DNA of 64,000 bases. It comes from a virus. Taxonomy: Duplodnaviria > Caudoviricetes. The stretch is taken from the IMG/VR virus record IMGVR_UViG_3300042363_001075, positions 5,141 through 69,140 of that record; one strand, given 5' to 3'. Below, in pieces: positions 35,895-46,200 of the stretch. The position numbers and the translations under genes were made by a program. How positions within the stretch are numbered: position 1 is the first letter of the stretch; each line of letters starts with the position of its first letter. The notes under the pieces were generated by a model that worked only from the letters and a program-made list of their open reading frames with translations, did no database searches and had not been told where the DNA came from.

Positions 35895-37361
35895 ATGTCA
35901 GTTCTTAATTCATATTTTAGTAGAAACAATACCATAGTTTATAGGGATTATGTAAATACGGGAAGAAACCCTGTAATGCAACTCTATTATGGTGATGGTG
36001 GATTATCAACACCGATAGGATACTCAAGGTTTATATTTGATTTAGATTTAACATTACTAAGACAAAAATATCTTGATGGTACCATTTCTTTGAATTGTTC
36101 TACGGGTATGACTCATACCCTAAAGATGACCAATACTTCGGCATTTGACCAAGCGTTGCTGAATACCTCAATGCCTGACGGTAGTTTAAGAGCAACATCA
36201 TTTGATCTTATTTTATTTAGAATACCTCATTTTGATTTTGATCCTACTCAACCTCAATATTGGGACGAAGGAGTTGGTTATGACTTTTTAGATATGGGGG
36301 AAACCTTAGGTCCAAACAAAGAATTTTCTGTAAGACCTTCAAATTGGTTTCAAAGAACCACAATTAAAAATTGGCAACAATCAGGAATCTACGACAACAG
36401 AAATGTTGGTCCTGTTCCTTTTTCCGCAATTACAATTTTGGATATCCAACATTTTGAATTTGGTAATGAGAATATTGAGTTTGATATGACTAACGAAATA
36501 AATCAAATTTTAACAGATTCATTAGTAAATGTATCAGGATGGGGAATTGCTTATCTTCCTGATGTTGAGAATTTGAGTGGTACGACAGGTTCATACTCAG
36601 TTGGTTTTTTCACAAGACATACTCAAACATTTTATGAACCATATCTTTTAACATCGTATGATGATTTAATTGAGGATGACAGAAATAATTTTACATTAAA
36701 TAAAACAAACAAATTATACCTATACATTTACGAAGACGGGGACTTTAAAAACTTAGATCAGAATCCTTTGGTTTCTATTTCAGATTCAAGTGGTAACCCA
36801 ATTCCCAACTTACAAAATTTACAATCTTGTTTAAGAACAAAAGGCGTATATGAAATAACTATACCAGCTCTTGTTGGTTATAAAACACCTTGTATGTTTA
36901 CCGATACTTGGTCAAATTTAAAATTAGGAGGGTTTAATTTACCTAATCAAATAAATGAATTTACTGTTTACCCTTTAAGAAAATCAATCCAAATTGGTAC
37001 CAATACAAATGATCCCGCACAATACGGGTTCTCATATTATGGTATAAAACAAAATGAATACATTTTCAAAGGAGAGGTTAGAAAAGTAGGTGTAATTATA
37101 AAACAAGCTTACACGGCAAATAAACAATTACCAAATGTAGATGCTCAGTACCGAGTTTATGTGACTGAAGGTACTACTGAAGTTACAGTTCAAGATTGGA
37201 CTATCATCAACAGAACACCTAATGAGTATTATTTTATGTTTGATACAAGAGACAAAATACCAAACGAATATTACATAGATTTAAAAGTTACGACATCTGG
37301 TCAGGTAAATGTTTATAAACAACAAATTAATTTCCTCATTGTAAATCAAAAAGAGGAATAA
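35895..37361 (+). CDS. Putative virion structural protein (beta-rich)
   Basis: 488 aa; late box; beta-sandwich-like C-terminal half. Confidence 0.55.
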   Translation: MSVLNSYFSRNNTIVYRDYVNTGRNPVMQLYYGDGGLSTPIGYSRFIFDLDLTLLRQKYLDGTISLNCSTGMTHTLKMTNTSAFDQALLNTSMPDGSLRATSFDLILFRIPHFDFDPTQPQYWDEGVGYDFLDMGETLGPNKEFSVRPSNWFQRTTIKNWQQSGIYDNRNVGPVPFSAITILDIQHFEFGNENIEFDMTNEINQILTDSLVNVSGWGIAYLPDVENLSGTTGSYSVGFFTRHTQTFYEPYLLTSYDDLIEDDRNNFTLNKTNKLYLYIYEDGDFKNLDQNPLVSISDSSGNPIPNLQNLQSCLRTKGVYEITIPALVGYKTPCMFTDTWSNLKLGGFNLPNQINEFTVYPLRKSIQIGTNTNDPAQYGFSYYGIKQNEYIFKGEVRKVGVIIKQAYTANKQLPNVDAQYRVYVTEGTTEVTVQDWTIINRTPNEYYFMFDTRDKIPNEYYIDLKVTTSGQVNVYKQQINFLIVNQKEE

Positions 37362-37365
37362 AGAC

Positions 37366-37373
37366 ATATTTAT
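37366..37373 (+). promoter_or_regulatory. Putative late promoter box ATATTTAT
   Basis: 14 nt upstream of ATG 37388. Confidence 0.6.
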
Positions 37374-37387
37374 TAAGAAAAAGAAAA

Positions 37388-38566
37388 ATGGGAATTTTAA
37401 TAACCGTACTTCAGGTAGGTCCTGATGTTATAATCCAAGGATCAGGGACTGCAAATACAACTGATTTATCTAGAGGTACGACAACCAATTTTTTGGGTCA
37501 AAGTACAACGCCAAACACAGGAAAATTAATTTACAGTATTTCAAATCCGACTTATACTGAACATACAGGTGCAGGTTTAACAGGACCCTCATCTTTTGGT
37601 ACTGGAAGTCTTATTGGTGGACCAAACACAGGTACTATAAGTAACAGTAATTGTTTGGCAATTACCCAATCACCCCTTAAATTATGGTTTGTTGATACAG
37701 TATCACCTGTTAGTGGTACTGGTTCTATGACATACGAAAGTACGACTATTGCGGCTTTAGGATTTACAATAGGTGTTTATGTTTGGTCATGGGGATCAGA
37801 TGCAAATGTTGATACAATTACACTACAAGTGGGTGAAATTACAACACCGACACCAACCGTAACACAAACACCAACTAATACGCCAACACCAACAACTACT
37901 CCTACAAATACAGGAACTCCTAACCCAACACCAACAAATACTCCAACAAATAGTCAAACACCAACTAACACACCAACAAATACCACAACTCCAACTAAAA
38001 CACCAACAAATACACCAACAAATACATCAACACCAACAAATACCACAACTCCAACTAAAACACCAACAAATACACCGACAGTTACTAAAACTCCTACAAA
38101 CACACCGACTGTAACAAAGACACCAACAAACACACCGACTGTAACAAAAACACCAAGTCAAACTCCAACAAATACACCGACTGTAACAAAAACTCCAACA
38201 AATACACCGACTAATACTCAAACTCCAACAAATACACCGACTAATACTCAAACACCGACCACAACACCAACTCAAACTCCAACTAACACACCTACACTTA
38301 CACAAACACCAACAAATACACCAACAGTTACTCAAACCCCTACAAACACTCCTACACAAACTGTTACACCTACACCTTCATTTACACCATTATTTAGAAT
38401 TGCAATTGGTACAGGTTATGAAGAATGTGTTGTTTGTTACGAATTGTCAGGTAATACTGTAACAAGTGTTGAGGCCCCTCACGCAGTTTGGACAAATAAT
38501 CAAGGTTTTGCAGTAGTTCAAATGAACTCGGTACAACTTGGTGGAATGAACGGATTAAACAGTTAA
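37388..38566 (+). CDS. Mucin-like Thr/Pro-repeat protein
   Basis: ~150 aa beta-rich N-domain, ~180 aa [10 protein letters not shown] repeats, short Cys-containing C-domain. Confidence 0.75.
   Translation: MGILITVLQVGPDVIIQGSGTANTTDLSRGTTTNFLGQSTTPNTGKLIYSISNPTYTEHTGAGLTGPSSFGTGSLIGGPNTGTISNSNCLAITQSPLKLWFVDTVSPVSGTGSMTYESTTIAALGFTIGVYVWSWGSDANVDTITLQVGEITTPTPTVTQTPTNTPTPTTTPTNTGTPNPTPTNTPTNSQTPTNTPTNTTTPTKTPTNTPTNTSTPTNTTTPTKTPTNTPTVTKTPTNTPTVTKTPTNTPTVTKTPSQTPTNTPTVTKTPTNTPTNTQTPTNTPTNTQTPTTTPTQTPTNTPTLTQTPTNTPTVTQTPTNTPTQTVTPTPSFTPLFRIAIGTGYEECVVCYELSGNTVTSVEAPHAVWTNNQGFAVVQMNSVQLGGMNGLNS
37843..38380 (+). repeat. TPT(N/V/Q)T coding tandem repeat
   Basis: acaccaacaaatacacc-type units, some as near-identical 24-bp copies. 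Confidence 0.85.
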
Positions 38567-38569
38567 GAT

Positions 38570-39055
38570 ATGAACTTAGATAGACTAATTAGAAGGGTAA
38601 TAAGAGAAACCGTTGAGGATATCCCGTCAAGACAAGAAAAAGAATCTTCAAGATATATGTTCTTTTCTAATTTAGAACAAATGAGAAGACAATGTGATTT
38701 GTTATTAGATTTAGATCACTCTATGATTGAGAATATCTTAGACAGTGGTCATGATTGGGCTCAAGATCATATTGCAGAAGCAAAAAATAATATGGACCAA
38801 GTTTTTGATTTTTTAATGAATGAATCAAAAAAAGACGGTATGGAACTATCAATGGACATGGATGATAAAGACATGGTCATGATGGAAGGTAGAAAAAAAA
38901 CAGGAACTAAACTTTGTGCCAGAGGCAAAGCGGCAGCTAAGTCTAAGTTTGATGTTTACCCTTCGGCGTATGCTAACGGATACGCAGTTCAGGTTTGTAA
39001 AGGAACTAAGCCTGGATTGGATGGTAAAAAGAGATGCTCAGGAGCATATTGTTAA
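38570..39055 (+). CDS. Putative internal head protein with basic Cys-containing C-terminal domain
   Basis: MNLDRLIRRVIRE leader; C-terminal KFDVYPSAYANG domain follows VMME. Confidence 0.6.
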   Translation: MNLDRLIRRVIRETVEDIPSRQEKESSRYMFFSNLEQMRRQCDLLLDLDHSMIENILDSGHDWAQDHIAEAKNNMDQVFDFLMNESKKDGMELSMDMDDKDMVMMEGRKKTGTKLCARGKAAAKSKFDVYPSAYANGYAVQVCKGTKPGLDGKKRCSGAYC

Positions 39056-39095
39056 AATTTTTTTACTTTCTTTTTTTTTAATCAATAATTTCATA

Positions 39096-39103
39096 TATAT
39101 TTG
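39096..39103 (+). promoter_or_regulatory. Bacteroidota-type -7 element TATATTTG
   Basis: Matches TAnnTTTG 23 nt upstream of ATG 39127; no clear -33 element. Confidence 0.55.
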
Positions 39104-39126
39104 TAGTTAGAAACTAAAAACTAACT

Positions 39127-39558
39127 ATGAAAAAATTCTTTAAAAGACTCTACAAACGATTTAAGGTAAGATTAAGTAAGATTGGCCGATCTTCGGCTAT
39201 GAAAACCTATGAAGAAGTCGAACTACACGAAAAAACAGCATTCAAGATATGTGTAAAATTAATATCTGATAAGAACTCAGATTTTATGATCGCACCTATG
39301 TCACAAAAAAGATTCATAATAAATGAAAAGTTAAATCTTTTTATTATAATTGACTATGGAAGAGTTGAGATTACGAATCATGTTTTCCACTACGATGTAA
39401 GACTTTCAAATAGAGATTACGAAAGAATCACATATTTATATGATACGGAGACTGAGAAGAGAAGAATAAAAACTGAGATGACGATCAAGTCTAACATCAA
39501 AAATACTTTAGAGAAAGTATACGACGCAATAAGTAAAGAAACCGAAAAAAACCAATAA
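39127..39558 (+). CDS. Hypothetical protein
   Basis: 143 aa ORF downstream of host-type promoter. Confidence 0.7.
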   Translation: MKKFFKRLYKRFKVRLSKIGRSSAMKTYEEVELHEKTAFKICVKLISDKNSDFMIAPMSQKRFIINEKLNLFIIIDYGRVEITNHVFHYDVRLSNRDYERITYLYDTETEKRRIKTEMTIKSNIKNTLEKVYDAISKETEKNQ

Positions 39559-39560
39559 AA

Positions 39561-39824
39561 ATGAAAAGTCTATTTTTTGTATCTATTTTAACACTTACTT
39601 TGGTAAGTTGTAAAACATCTTCTCACACACCATGTGATGCTTACTCAATGAATACTACACCTGAAGATAGTAGTATTGTAAGATCAATGGATGTATTATC
39701 TGATTCTGCAGAGAATTGGACATTAGAACAAAAACAAGAGTTTGCAGAAGTATTCTTTATCGAAAGAGGTAAGTTTACAGTTCCTGAGAAACCAATTGTT
39801 TTAAAAAGTTTTAAAGGGAATTAA
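39561..39824 (+). CDS. Putative lipoprotein
   Basis: MKSLFFVSILTLTLVSC: signal peptide II with lipobox LVS-C17. Confidence 0.7.
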   Translation: MKSLFFVSILTLTLVSCKTSSHTPCDAYSMNTTPEDSSIVRSMDVLSDSAENWTLEQKQEFAEVFFIERGKFTVPEKPIVLKSFKGN

Positions 39825-40254
39825 AATAATTTGTCCAATCTTTATCAGTTCCACTATCTAATGTACAAAAGTATGGGTTACTTTCTGACGGTGTATATAA
39901 AATTACAAGTTTTTCTTGTGAATTATCAACACCTATTGTTTTTCTAAATCTATTTAAATCAGGATTTGTCGCATTTAAAATTCTAACAAAAATTTGGTCT
40001 CCCTGTATCTCATATTCTTGGGCTACAGGGGAATCTTCCACATTCAAATAAAGTTTTTTAAATCCTTTCTCATTACTTAATCCCCCATACATATCTTGTT
40101 CACTGTCATAAGTCAAGTTCTCCAACCTTTGTTGGTCCGAAGAACCCTGACAAAATAAATTTAATTTTTTGTCTGGTGTTGGTTGTTCCATAAGTAATGG
40201 TCTTACATTACCCATATGTGATTCTAAAAGTTGTTTAAATCTATTTGTATTCAT
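39811..40254 (-). CDS. Hypothetical protein with MNTNRFKQLLES leader
   Basis: 147 aa ORF. Confidence 0.7.
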   Translation of the reverse strand: MNTNRFKQLLESHMGNVRPLLMEQPTPDKKLNLFCQGSSDQQRLENLTYDSEQDMYGGLSNEKGFKKLYLNVEDSPVAQEYEIQGDQIFVRILNATNPDLNRFRKTIGVDNSQEKLVILYTPSESNPYFCTLDSGTDKDWTNYFNSL

Positions 40255-40259
40255 AATCT

Positions 40260-41207
40260 TTAGTTTTTTCTTGGTTTATAACTTGTCATAACAGGTTTTT
40301 GACCTTTACCACTTTGTGAGTCCTTTTTTTCTGCCGCTCTTTTTTGTGCACATGCCGCTCGTTTTTGTGAGTCACTCATTTTACCTGCAACTCCCGATGC
40401 TCTACATTTAGGGTATGACCCTTTAGAAGTGTCGTGTCGTCCACAAGGGGGGTGTTTTCCGTCGACTTTACGACAAATGTTTACCCATGGACCTTTTGGT
40501 TGAGAAGATCCCTTAGGTTTCTTCTTTTTACCAAACCAAACTGCAAGGTCTTCATTTATAGTATCAGGATAATTTATGTCTTTTCTGTACGACCCATCTT
40601 TGTCTTTCTCCCAAACACTAACAATTCTTCTTATATTTTTTTTCAAAGTGTTTTTTAAAGACTTTTCATTAAATTCATTTTTTACTTTTTCGGTAAATGG
40701 ACCTAACTCACTATCTTTCCATTCGTAACTACCAATTTCTACAGGTGCGTTGTAGGGGCCCGCAGTTGTTGATGTACTAACTTCATTTATAACATTCTCA
40801 TGAGTTAACTCAACCCATTCATTAAATGGTACCTTCTGTGTGAATGGTTTCATTGGGCTATCCCCTTTAGGTGTTTTATGATCATACATGTATCGATTTA
40901 TAACCCCACCATCGTCATCTCCTGATGTCAAATCAGGATGTTTTCTCATAAAATTAGTTACCTTATTTGCTTCTTTTTCTAATTTCGCAACTTGATCTTT
41001 TCTTAAGTCCATTTTGTGATCTAAACTATCGTATTGAACTAACGGGCTATTGTATTTAGAAACAGATATGTTATATGGCGCTAAACTATCTTCAGTAAAA
41101 GGTCTAAACCCTGGTTGTACAGGTGTTACATATTGACCTGAAGCCGCTCCTTTTTGTGAAGTAGCCTCTTTGATAACTTTTTTTATAATTTGACTTAATC
41201 TATCCAT
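40260..41207 (-). CDS. Putative internal head polyprotein with basic Cys-containing C-terminal domain
   Basis: Start reassigned to ATG 41207 (MDRLSQIIKKVIKEA), 12 nt after a late box; C-terminal EDLAVWF...WVNIC...CG...YPKC domain. Confidence 0.65.
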   Translation of the reverse strand: MDRLSQIIKKVIKEATSQKGAASGQYVTPVQPGFRPFTEDSLAPYNISVSKYNSPLVQYDSLDHKMDLRKDQVAKLEKEANKVTNFMRKHPDLTSGDDDGGVINRYMYDHKTPKGDSPMKPFTQKVPFNEWVELTHENVINEVSTSTTAGPYNAPVEIGSYEWKDSELGPFTEKVKNEFNEKSLKNTLKKNIRRIVSVWEKDKDGSYRKDINYPDTINEDLAVWFGKKKKPKGSSQPKGPWVNICRKVDGKHPPCGRHDTSKGSYPKCRASGVAGKMSDSQKRAACAQKRAAEKKDSQSGKGQKPVMTSYKPRKN

Positions 41208-41219
41208 TTTGTTATTATT

Positions 41220-41227
41220 ATAAATAT
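41220..41227 (-). promoter_or_regulatory. Putative late promoter box ATATTTAT
   Basis: 12 nt upstream of ATG 41207. Confidence 0.6.
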
Positions 41228-41241
41228 CTTTAATTTTGATT

Positions 41242-41451
41242 ATGGAACAAGAAAACACAAATTATGGTAATTTATTTGGTACAATAAATTTACTTAATGA
41301 AGAACATGTGGAAGCTATCTTATCTAGTATGGATGAAGAACATGCAATTTTCTATCTTATAGAGTCAGTAAAATGTGCACATAAAAAAGGATGTTTTACT
41401 ATAGGTGAATCAGAGGTATTATCTAAGTCAATTAGAACTTTACTTAAATAA
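41242..41451 (+). CDS. Hypothetical small protein
   Basis: ATG at 41242; 69 aa; ends at bidirectional terminator. Confidence 0.6.
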   Translation: MEQENTNYGNLFGTINLLNEEHVEAILSSMDEEHAIFYLIESVKCAHKKGCFTIGESEVLSKSIRTLLK

Positions 41452-41479
41452 AAAAGGTCAGATTTCTCTGACCTTTTTT
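41451..41479. terminator. Bidirectional terminator
   Basis: AAAAAGGTCAG-ATTTCT-CTGACCTTTTTT between convergent genes, directly after the capsid gene. Confidence 0.85.
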
Positions 41480-41498
41480 CTTATTAACATTTAATTGA

Positions 41499-43454
41499 TT
41501 ATCTCAATTCTCTTAAGTCAAATGTACGAACTCCATCAACTGTGATACGAGCGTAGAAACGGTTGTTAACCATTTTCTTAGCGTATCTTGTCATGATACC
41601 TTTAATAGGTGTGAAGTTGAACGGGTTATACATTGTAGGTGTTAATTGTAGAGGTACATACGGTGCGTAAATGTAACCTGTGTCTAACAATGATGTTCCT
41701 TTGTGTCCAATCAAAACTTGGTTTGGTGGGAAGTAAGGATCACGGTACACTTGGTAACGTCCTGCTAAAGTACCAACTCTTTCGATACCCATGTTATACT
41801 GATCTTGCTCAGGAGATGCGTTAGATACGTGGAAGTATTCTAAGTCATCAAAGATTGCTGAAACCTCAGAAGATACAACGATCCAGTTAGCTCCACCTCT
41901 CAATGTAGATTTGTGGATTTGTGCTGACAATTGGTTGATTGCTGTAATCAAAGTTTGGTTCCAGTCTTTCTGAGTGTAAGAAACTTGGTTGTTGATTCTT
42001 CTCCATCCGTTGTAGTCCCAACGAAGGTTCCAAGCCGCTCCTTTTCTCAAGTCACGAAGGATTTCACGGTCGATCTCTGCTGCTACTTGTTCTGATAACA
42101 ATGCTGTCAATTCAGCTTCAGCGTCGATGTTGTGGAATGCCGCCACATCTTGAGCTAGTTCAGGAGACCATTGTGCTCTTAGTTTTCTTTCTGTAACAGA
42201 TACAGTTACTGACTCAAGGTCAAAAGAAACCTCACCAATTTGATCTTCGAACTCAAGGTTAGCATATCTTCTATACCAAGCCAAGAATGATGTTCCAGAT
42301 GGAGCCTCATTGATTGTAGTACCTGTGTAACCATCTAAAGAAGAAGCGTCACAATCAGCACATATTGGACAAGAAAGATCCACTTCTAAGTAGATACAAC
42401 CATTTTGGTCACAGATGTCATTGTAGTTACCACCATTACCTGTGTTAGTACCTGTAGCGTTACCTGAATTTCTAAATACAGTTTGTGCGTTAGTACTTGT
42501 AGGTTGAACGATACCTTTACCGTAGATTTGAGTTACAACTCTAAACAATAATGGTTTGAATACTGGGCTAGACGCAGTACCACCTGTAATTACTTGACAT
42601 GGTGTAATATCGTAATCTAAAACTGGTGTACCGTAGATTCTCAAGTCAGAAAGGAAAGACTCAGTATCCATTTCGTTACCGTCAGGACCGATTAATTTTC
42701 CTGTACCTGCATTTGCAAATCCACAAAGTTTCATGATAACTTTTCTGTAGTTACCAGCTGGAAGTTCAGCACCTAGTGGAGGAGTACCAGAGGCGATTGA
42801 TGCGCTTACTAAATCACCACCAACCCAAGTTTGGATTGTTGTGTTAGCCGTTACTGCAGTCCATCTACCTTTAGAGTAGTCAAACAATCCTGGAGGATCT
42901 AAGTCAGCCTCATTTCCTTCGTAGAATAAATCATAAAGATCTTTCTTGTAAGAGTAAGGACCATTTGGTGGATAACCTTGGTTAGGGTCATTTTTTCCTG
43001 AATTTACCGCCTCAGGTGAACCAATTGGTGCATAGTGATCACCACCTGCGTTAGCAACATTTGTTGCATCGTTACTTGGATATCCGTTTGCAAGTAAAGA
43101 TTCTGCATTTTGGTATCCTTGGATACGAGGTACGAAGTAGAACAATTTACCGATAGGTAAGTTCATTGCTTGTACTGATACGATGTCGTTAGCCAACAAT
43201 TTAGAGAATACTCTTCTTACGATTGGGAAAACAACTGTTTCAAACGCTCCGTTAGAAGAACCGTCAGAAGTTGCTTCGTTAATCAAGAAAGATGCTTGGT
43301 TCTCATATAACTGAGCTACATTTTCTTTTAAGTGACCTTTTAGACCATCTAAGAAGCCTAATCTGTCCCATTTGTTAATTGTGTCTTCTTTGATAACTTT
43401 AAGGTGTTTTAACCCGATGTTACCTACAAGACCTGATTCTAATAATGCTCCCAT
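41499..43454 (-). CDS. Major capsid protein (T4 gp23-like) with large insertion
   Basis: FPIVRRVF...DIVSVQAMNLPIG; VTERKLRAQWSPELAQD; EIDREI; GYIYAPYVPL; GIMTRYA. Confidence 0.95.
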   Translation of the reverse strand: MGALLESGLVGNIGLKHLKVIKEDTINKWDRLGFLDGLKGHLKENVAQLYENQASFLINEATSDGSSNGAFETVVFPIVRRVFSKLLANDIVSVQAMNLPIGKLFYFVPRIQGYQNAESLLANGYPSNDATNVANAGGDHYAPIGSPEAVNSGKNDPNQGYPPNGPYSYKKDLYDLFYEGNEADLDPPGLFDYSKGRWTAVTANTTIQTWVGGDLVSASIASGTPPLGAELPAGNYRKVIMKLCGFANAGTGKLIGPDGNEMDTESFLSDLRIYGTPVLDYDITPCQVITGGTASSPVFKPLLFRVVTQIYGKGIVQPTSTNAQTVFRNSGNATGTNTGNGGNYNDICDQNGCIYLEVDLSCPICADCDASSLDGYTGTTINEAPSGTSFLAWYRRYANLEFEDQIGEVSFDLESVTVSVTERKLRAQWSPELAQDVAAFHNIDAEAELTALLSEQVAAEIDREILRDLRKGAAWNLRWDYNGWRRINNQVSYTQKDWNQTLITAINQLSAQIHKSTLRGGANWIVVSSEVSAIFDDLEYFHVSNASPEQDQYNMGIERVGTLAGRYQVYRDPYFPPNQVLIGHKGTSLLDTGYIYAPYVPLQLTPTMYNPFNFTPIKGIMTRYAKKMVNNRFYARITVDGVRTFDLRELR

Positions 43455-43487
43455 TTTTTTGGTTTTTTATTATTTTTTGGTTTATGT

Positions 43488-45113
43488 TTATTTTATTTTA
43501 CCCATCAAATCCTTCATTCTTAAGAATTGAGGATTCTCATAAGTTTTTGATTCGATCAAATTAGCTGATGATCCTGTTTCAACAGATCTATTTACAGTTC
43601 TTTCGATTGACTCGTTTATTTTTTGTTCTGATGAAGAACTACCAGTGCTTAATTCATTTTTGATAGATCTGTACAGATTTTTAGATTCTTTCAAAGATTC
43701 AACACCGTCAAATCTTCTAAGAATATTTATTTTTTCTTGTTTTGTTGTAGAGTGTTCAGTGAACAAACGAGTTGCGTAAGCCAAGTTAGAATTGAATACA
43801 GCCACTTCGTTCAATTTAGTTCTGAAAACATCAAGAGCTTTTCTGTACTCTTCATTTTTTTCTCTCAATAATTGAACTTGTTGATTGTCTCTACTTTCAG
43901 AAAGTTTGAATGGGTTATATTCATAATTTCTGTTGTTTGTTTTTGCTTTTCTTAAACCGCGACTACCGTCTTTAGATCCATTTCCGTAAGTTCTTGAAGC
44001 TTCTTTAGTTTCAACTTTCTTCATAGATCCTTTTTCCATGTTCTCACCCTCTTTATATTCGAATTTTGCTTTTCCTGTACCAACTGCTTTAGTACCTTTT
44101 CCAAAAGCTTCTTTTTTCTTAGTATTAAATCCACCTCCCATATTTGGTTTTTTGTCATATGCGAATTTTGGACCTTTTCCAATTCCAACACCTTTAGGAT
44201 TTACAGATTTTGTTAATGATTTTTTTACAGCTTCCATTACAGAATCAAATTCATCTTCTTCTTCGTAAGTCATGCCTTCTCCCATTTCGAATTCGTCTTC
44301 TTCTTCATAATCCATGTCTTCAGACATTTCATAATCTTTGTAGTGTCCGTCAACATCTCCCATTTTGTGTCCGTGTCTTCTTTTAAAATCGTGTTTGTTT
44401 CCTCCGAACATGTCTTCATCTAATTCAAATTCATCTTCTTCGTCATCTTCTTCGTCATCCATTTCAATTTCATAAAGGTCACCTTCTAAGTCAACATCAG
44501 CGTCACCATACATTTCGTCTTCAGCTAAACCATCGTAAGATGAGTCGTCCATTTCGATTTCGTAAATAGTTTCTTCATCCTCATCTTCAAAATCCATTTC
44601 TTCATCCATTTCAGAATACTCTTCAGCATCAATGTCGATTTCTTCATCAGATTCACCTAAATGAATCATGTACTCGTCCTCACCGTCTTTAAGATGAATG
44701 TTTTCACCATCTTTTGTAACGATAATTCCATCTTCATCTCCCATTGCTTTAAATACTCTTAAAACTTCAGCGTCTGATGCTCCCGTCATATCAATGGTTT
44801 CTTCGTCTCCCATATCCATGTCTTCGTCATCCATGTCCATTTCTTCGTCTCCCATATCCATGTCTTCGTCATCCATAGCCATTTCCTCATCGTCCATGTC
44901 CATTTCCTCGTCATCCATTGCCTCAGGTGAGTCAGAGTCTAGTGTTGGGTCTTCAATCTCATCGTCTTGTTCTTTTAGAGATTCTTTTACCAATTGTTTG
45001 ATTTCTTCACTCATCGTAGACTGAAGTATTCCTTTTGCATTCTCTTGAAGAGTCTCCTCCAAATTCTTGATTTGGAAAAGTGCTTCTTCTACTACATTTT
45101 TGTTATAACTCAT
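43488..45113 (-). CDS. Prohead core/scaffold protein (highly acidic)
   Basis: Lies between protease and MCP; D/E/M-rich middle; C-terminal coiled coil LNEVAVFNSNLAY...QEKINILRRFD. Confidence 0.75.
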   Translation of the reverse strand: MSYNKNVVEEALFQIKNLEETLQENAKGILQSTMSEEIKQLVKESLKEQDDEIEDPTLDSDSPEAMDDEEMDMDDEEMAMDDEDMDMGDEEMDMDDEDMDMGDEETIDMTGASDAEVLRVFKAMGDEDGIIVTKDGENIHLKDGEDEYMIHLGESDEEIDIDAEEYSEMDEEMDFEDEDEETIYEIEMDDSSYDGLAEDEMYGDADVDLEGDLYEIEMDDEEDDEEDEFELDEDMFGGNKHDFKRRHGHKMGDVDGHYKDYEMSEDMDYEEEDEFEMGEGMTYEEEDEFDSVMEAVKKSLTKSVNPKGVGIGKGPKFAYDKKPNMGGGFNTKKKEAFGKGTKAVGTGKAKFEYKEGENMEKGSMKKVETKEASRTYGNGSKDGSRGLRKAKTNNRNYEYNPFKLSESRDNQQVQLLREKNEEYRKALDVFRTKLNEVAVFNSNLAYATRLFTEHSTTKQEKINILRRFDGVESLKESKNLYRSIKNELSTGSSSSEQKINESIERTVNRSVETGSSANLIESKTYENPQFLRMKDLMGKIK

Positions 45114-45132
45114 TTTTTTAAATAGTTTTCTA

Positions 45133-45140
45133 ATAAATAT
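45133..45140 (-). promoter_or_regulatory. Putative late promoter box ATATTTAT
   Basis: 19 nt upstream of ATG 45113; would drive core plus MCP. Confidence 0.6.
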
Positions 45141-45181
45141 TCACTTTTTTAAAAAAAATTCGTATAACAGTACTTTTAGAC

Positions 45182-45220
45182 AAAAAAAAAGGGAAAAGAA
45201 CAATTTGTCCCTTTCCCTTT
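45182..45220 (-). terminator. Rho-independent terminator
   Basis: GGGAAAGGGAC/GTTCTTTTCCC 11-bp stem plus 9-U tract on minus strand. Confidence 0.75.
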
Positions 45221-45238
45221 GCGGTTAATTTTTTTCTT

Positions 45239-45451
45239 TTAGTTTTCTATAACCTCATCGATTTTAGATTCAACTATTGAGGTAATTCTCCATTCCATAG
45301 AATAATTTTCATAAACTTTTGTCACTTTTGCTTCGACATCAGTTGGTGAATAACCTTTAACGAGTTTCTCTTCTCTCGTTTTTTTGATCTTACCTGTATT
45401 CTCATCAGGCATGTCTGTGGTAATTTTTGCTATAAAATATTTTTCGTCCAT
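45239..45451 (-). CDS. DUF4494-like small protein
   Basis: YFIAKI...ENTGKIKKTREEKLVKGYSPTDVEAKV...WRITSIVESKIDEV resembles the Bacteroidota DUF4494 pattern. Confidence 0.55.
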   Translation of the reverse strand: MDEKYFIAKITTDMPDENTGKIKKTREEKLVKGYSPTDVEAKVTKVYENYSMEWRITSIVESKIDEVIEN

Positions 45452-45457
45452 AATTAA

Positions 45458-46186
45458 TTATTTGTTCAAATAATCGGTTAATCTATTCATTAAGTCAAGC
45501 GAATTACCACCAGTAGATCCAATATGTCTTTCTGCTTGAGCTCTTTTTTCTTCATCTAAGTTTTCTTCAAAGTTTACTCTTTCGTCTTTATCTCTGAATA
45601 GATATGCTCCTGGTGTAGATGGTGAAGATACCAAGTCAAAACAAATTAACTCAAAATCATCTTGTACCTCATTTTGTTCGCCAACTTTTTTAAGTGATCC
45701 CACACCACGAGAAGATATACCCAAAGTAACCCCTTGACGAAGATAGTTAGCGGCTAAATCTCCTTTTGTAGAAACAATCCCTCTTTCGTGAAAACCTGGA
45801 CTTGTAAGTAATTTTAATTTACCTAACAATACAGGTCCTTCCCACCATATTTCAGTAATAGCATGTGATACTCTATCTAAATCTATAAGAGATGATTCAG
45901 GGTGATTCAACTCAGAAAGAGCCGTTCCTTTTTGGATCATTTTCTTATAGTTATCTGCTTCTCTTTTGAGAATTTTCTCAGGATAGATTCTTCCGTTTCT
46001 ATTTGGTGTGTTATATTTTTGAAGTACAGCATAAAACTCAAATGGTTTTGAGTGATCTAACATATCGCGATTTTCTCTAATCATTGATAAGTTTCTTCTT
46101 TCATTTGGATCTATGTATCCTGCATCGTACTCAACAAGAATCCCTTTTCCTAAATCTTTTGGTCCTAATATTTTTAAATCGCTCAT
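45458..46186 (-). CDS. Prohead maturation protease (T4 gp21-like)
   Basis: NRNGRIYP, LSELNHP, LGISSRGVGS, FDLVSSPSTPGA. Confidence 0.92.
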   Translation of the reverse strand: MSDLKILGPKDLGKGILVEYDAGYIDPNERRNLSMIRENRDMLDHSKPFEFYAVLQKYNTPNRNGRIYPEKILKREADNYKKMIQKGTALSELNHPESSLIDLDRVSHAITEIWWEGPVLLGKLKLLTSPGFHERGIVSTKGDLAANYLRQGVTLGISSRGVGSLKKVGEQNEVQDDFELICFDLVSSPSTPGAYLFRDKDERVNFEENLDEEKRAQAERHIGSTGGNSLDLMNRLTDYLNK

Positions 46187-46200
46187 TTAATATTTTATTT

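Noticed and set aside
38027-38359. Cys-rich antisense ORF
   Set aside because: Shadow of the TPT repeat in 37388..38566.
41231-41238. TAATTTTG host-type -7 element for gene 41242
   Set aside because: Ends only 3 nt before the ATG, too close for the expected start site, and has no -33 element.
41208-41258. ORF-track starts at 41258, 56169, 13311 and 41236
   Set aside because: These extensions cross late boxes or terminators, or use TTG; downstream ATGs fit better.
44698-45024. Ser-rich antisense ORFs over acidic tracts (also 53751, 54117, 48271)
   Set aside because: Reverse-strand reading of D/E/M and Pro/Gly repeats.
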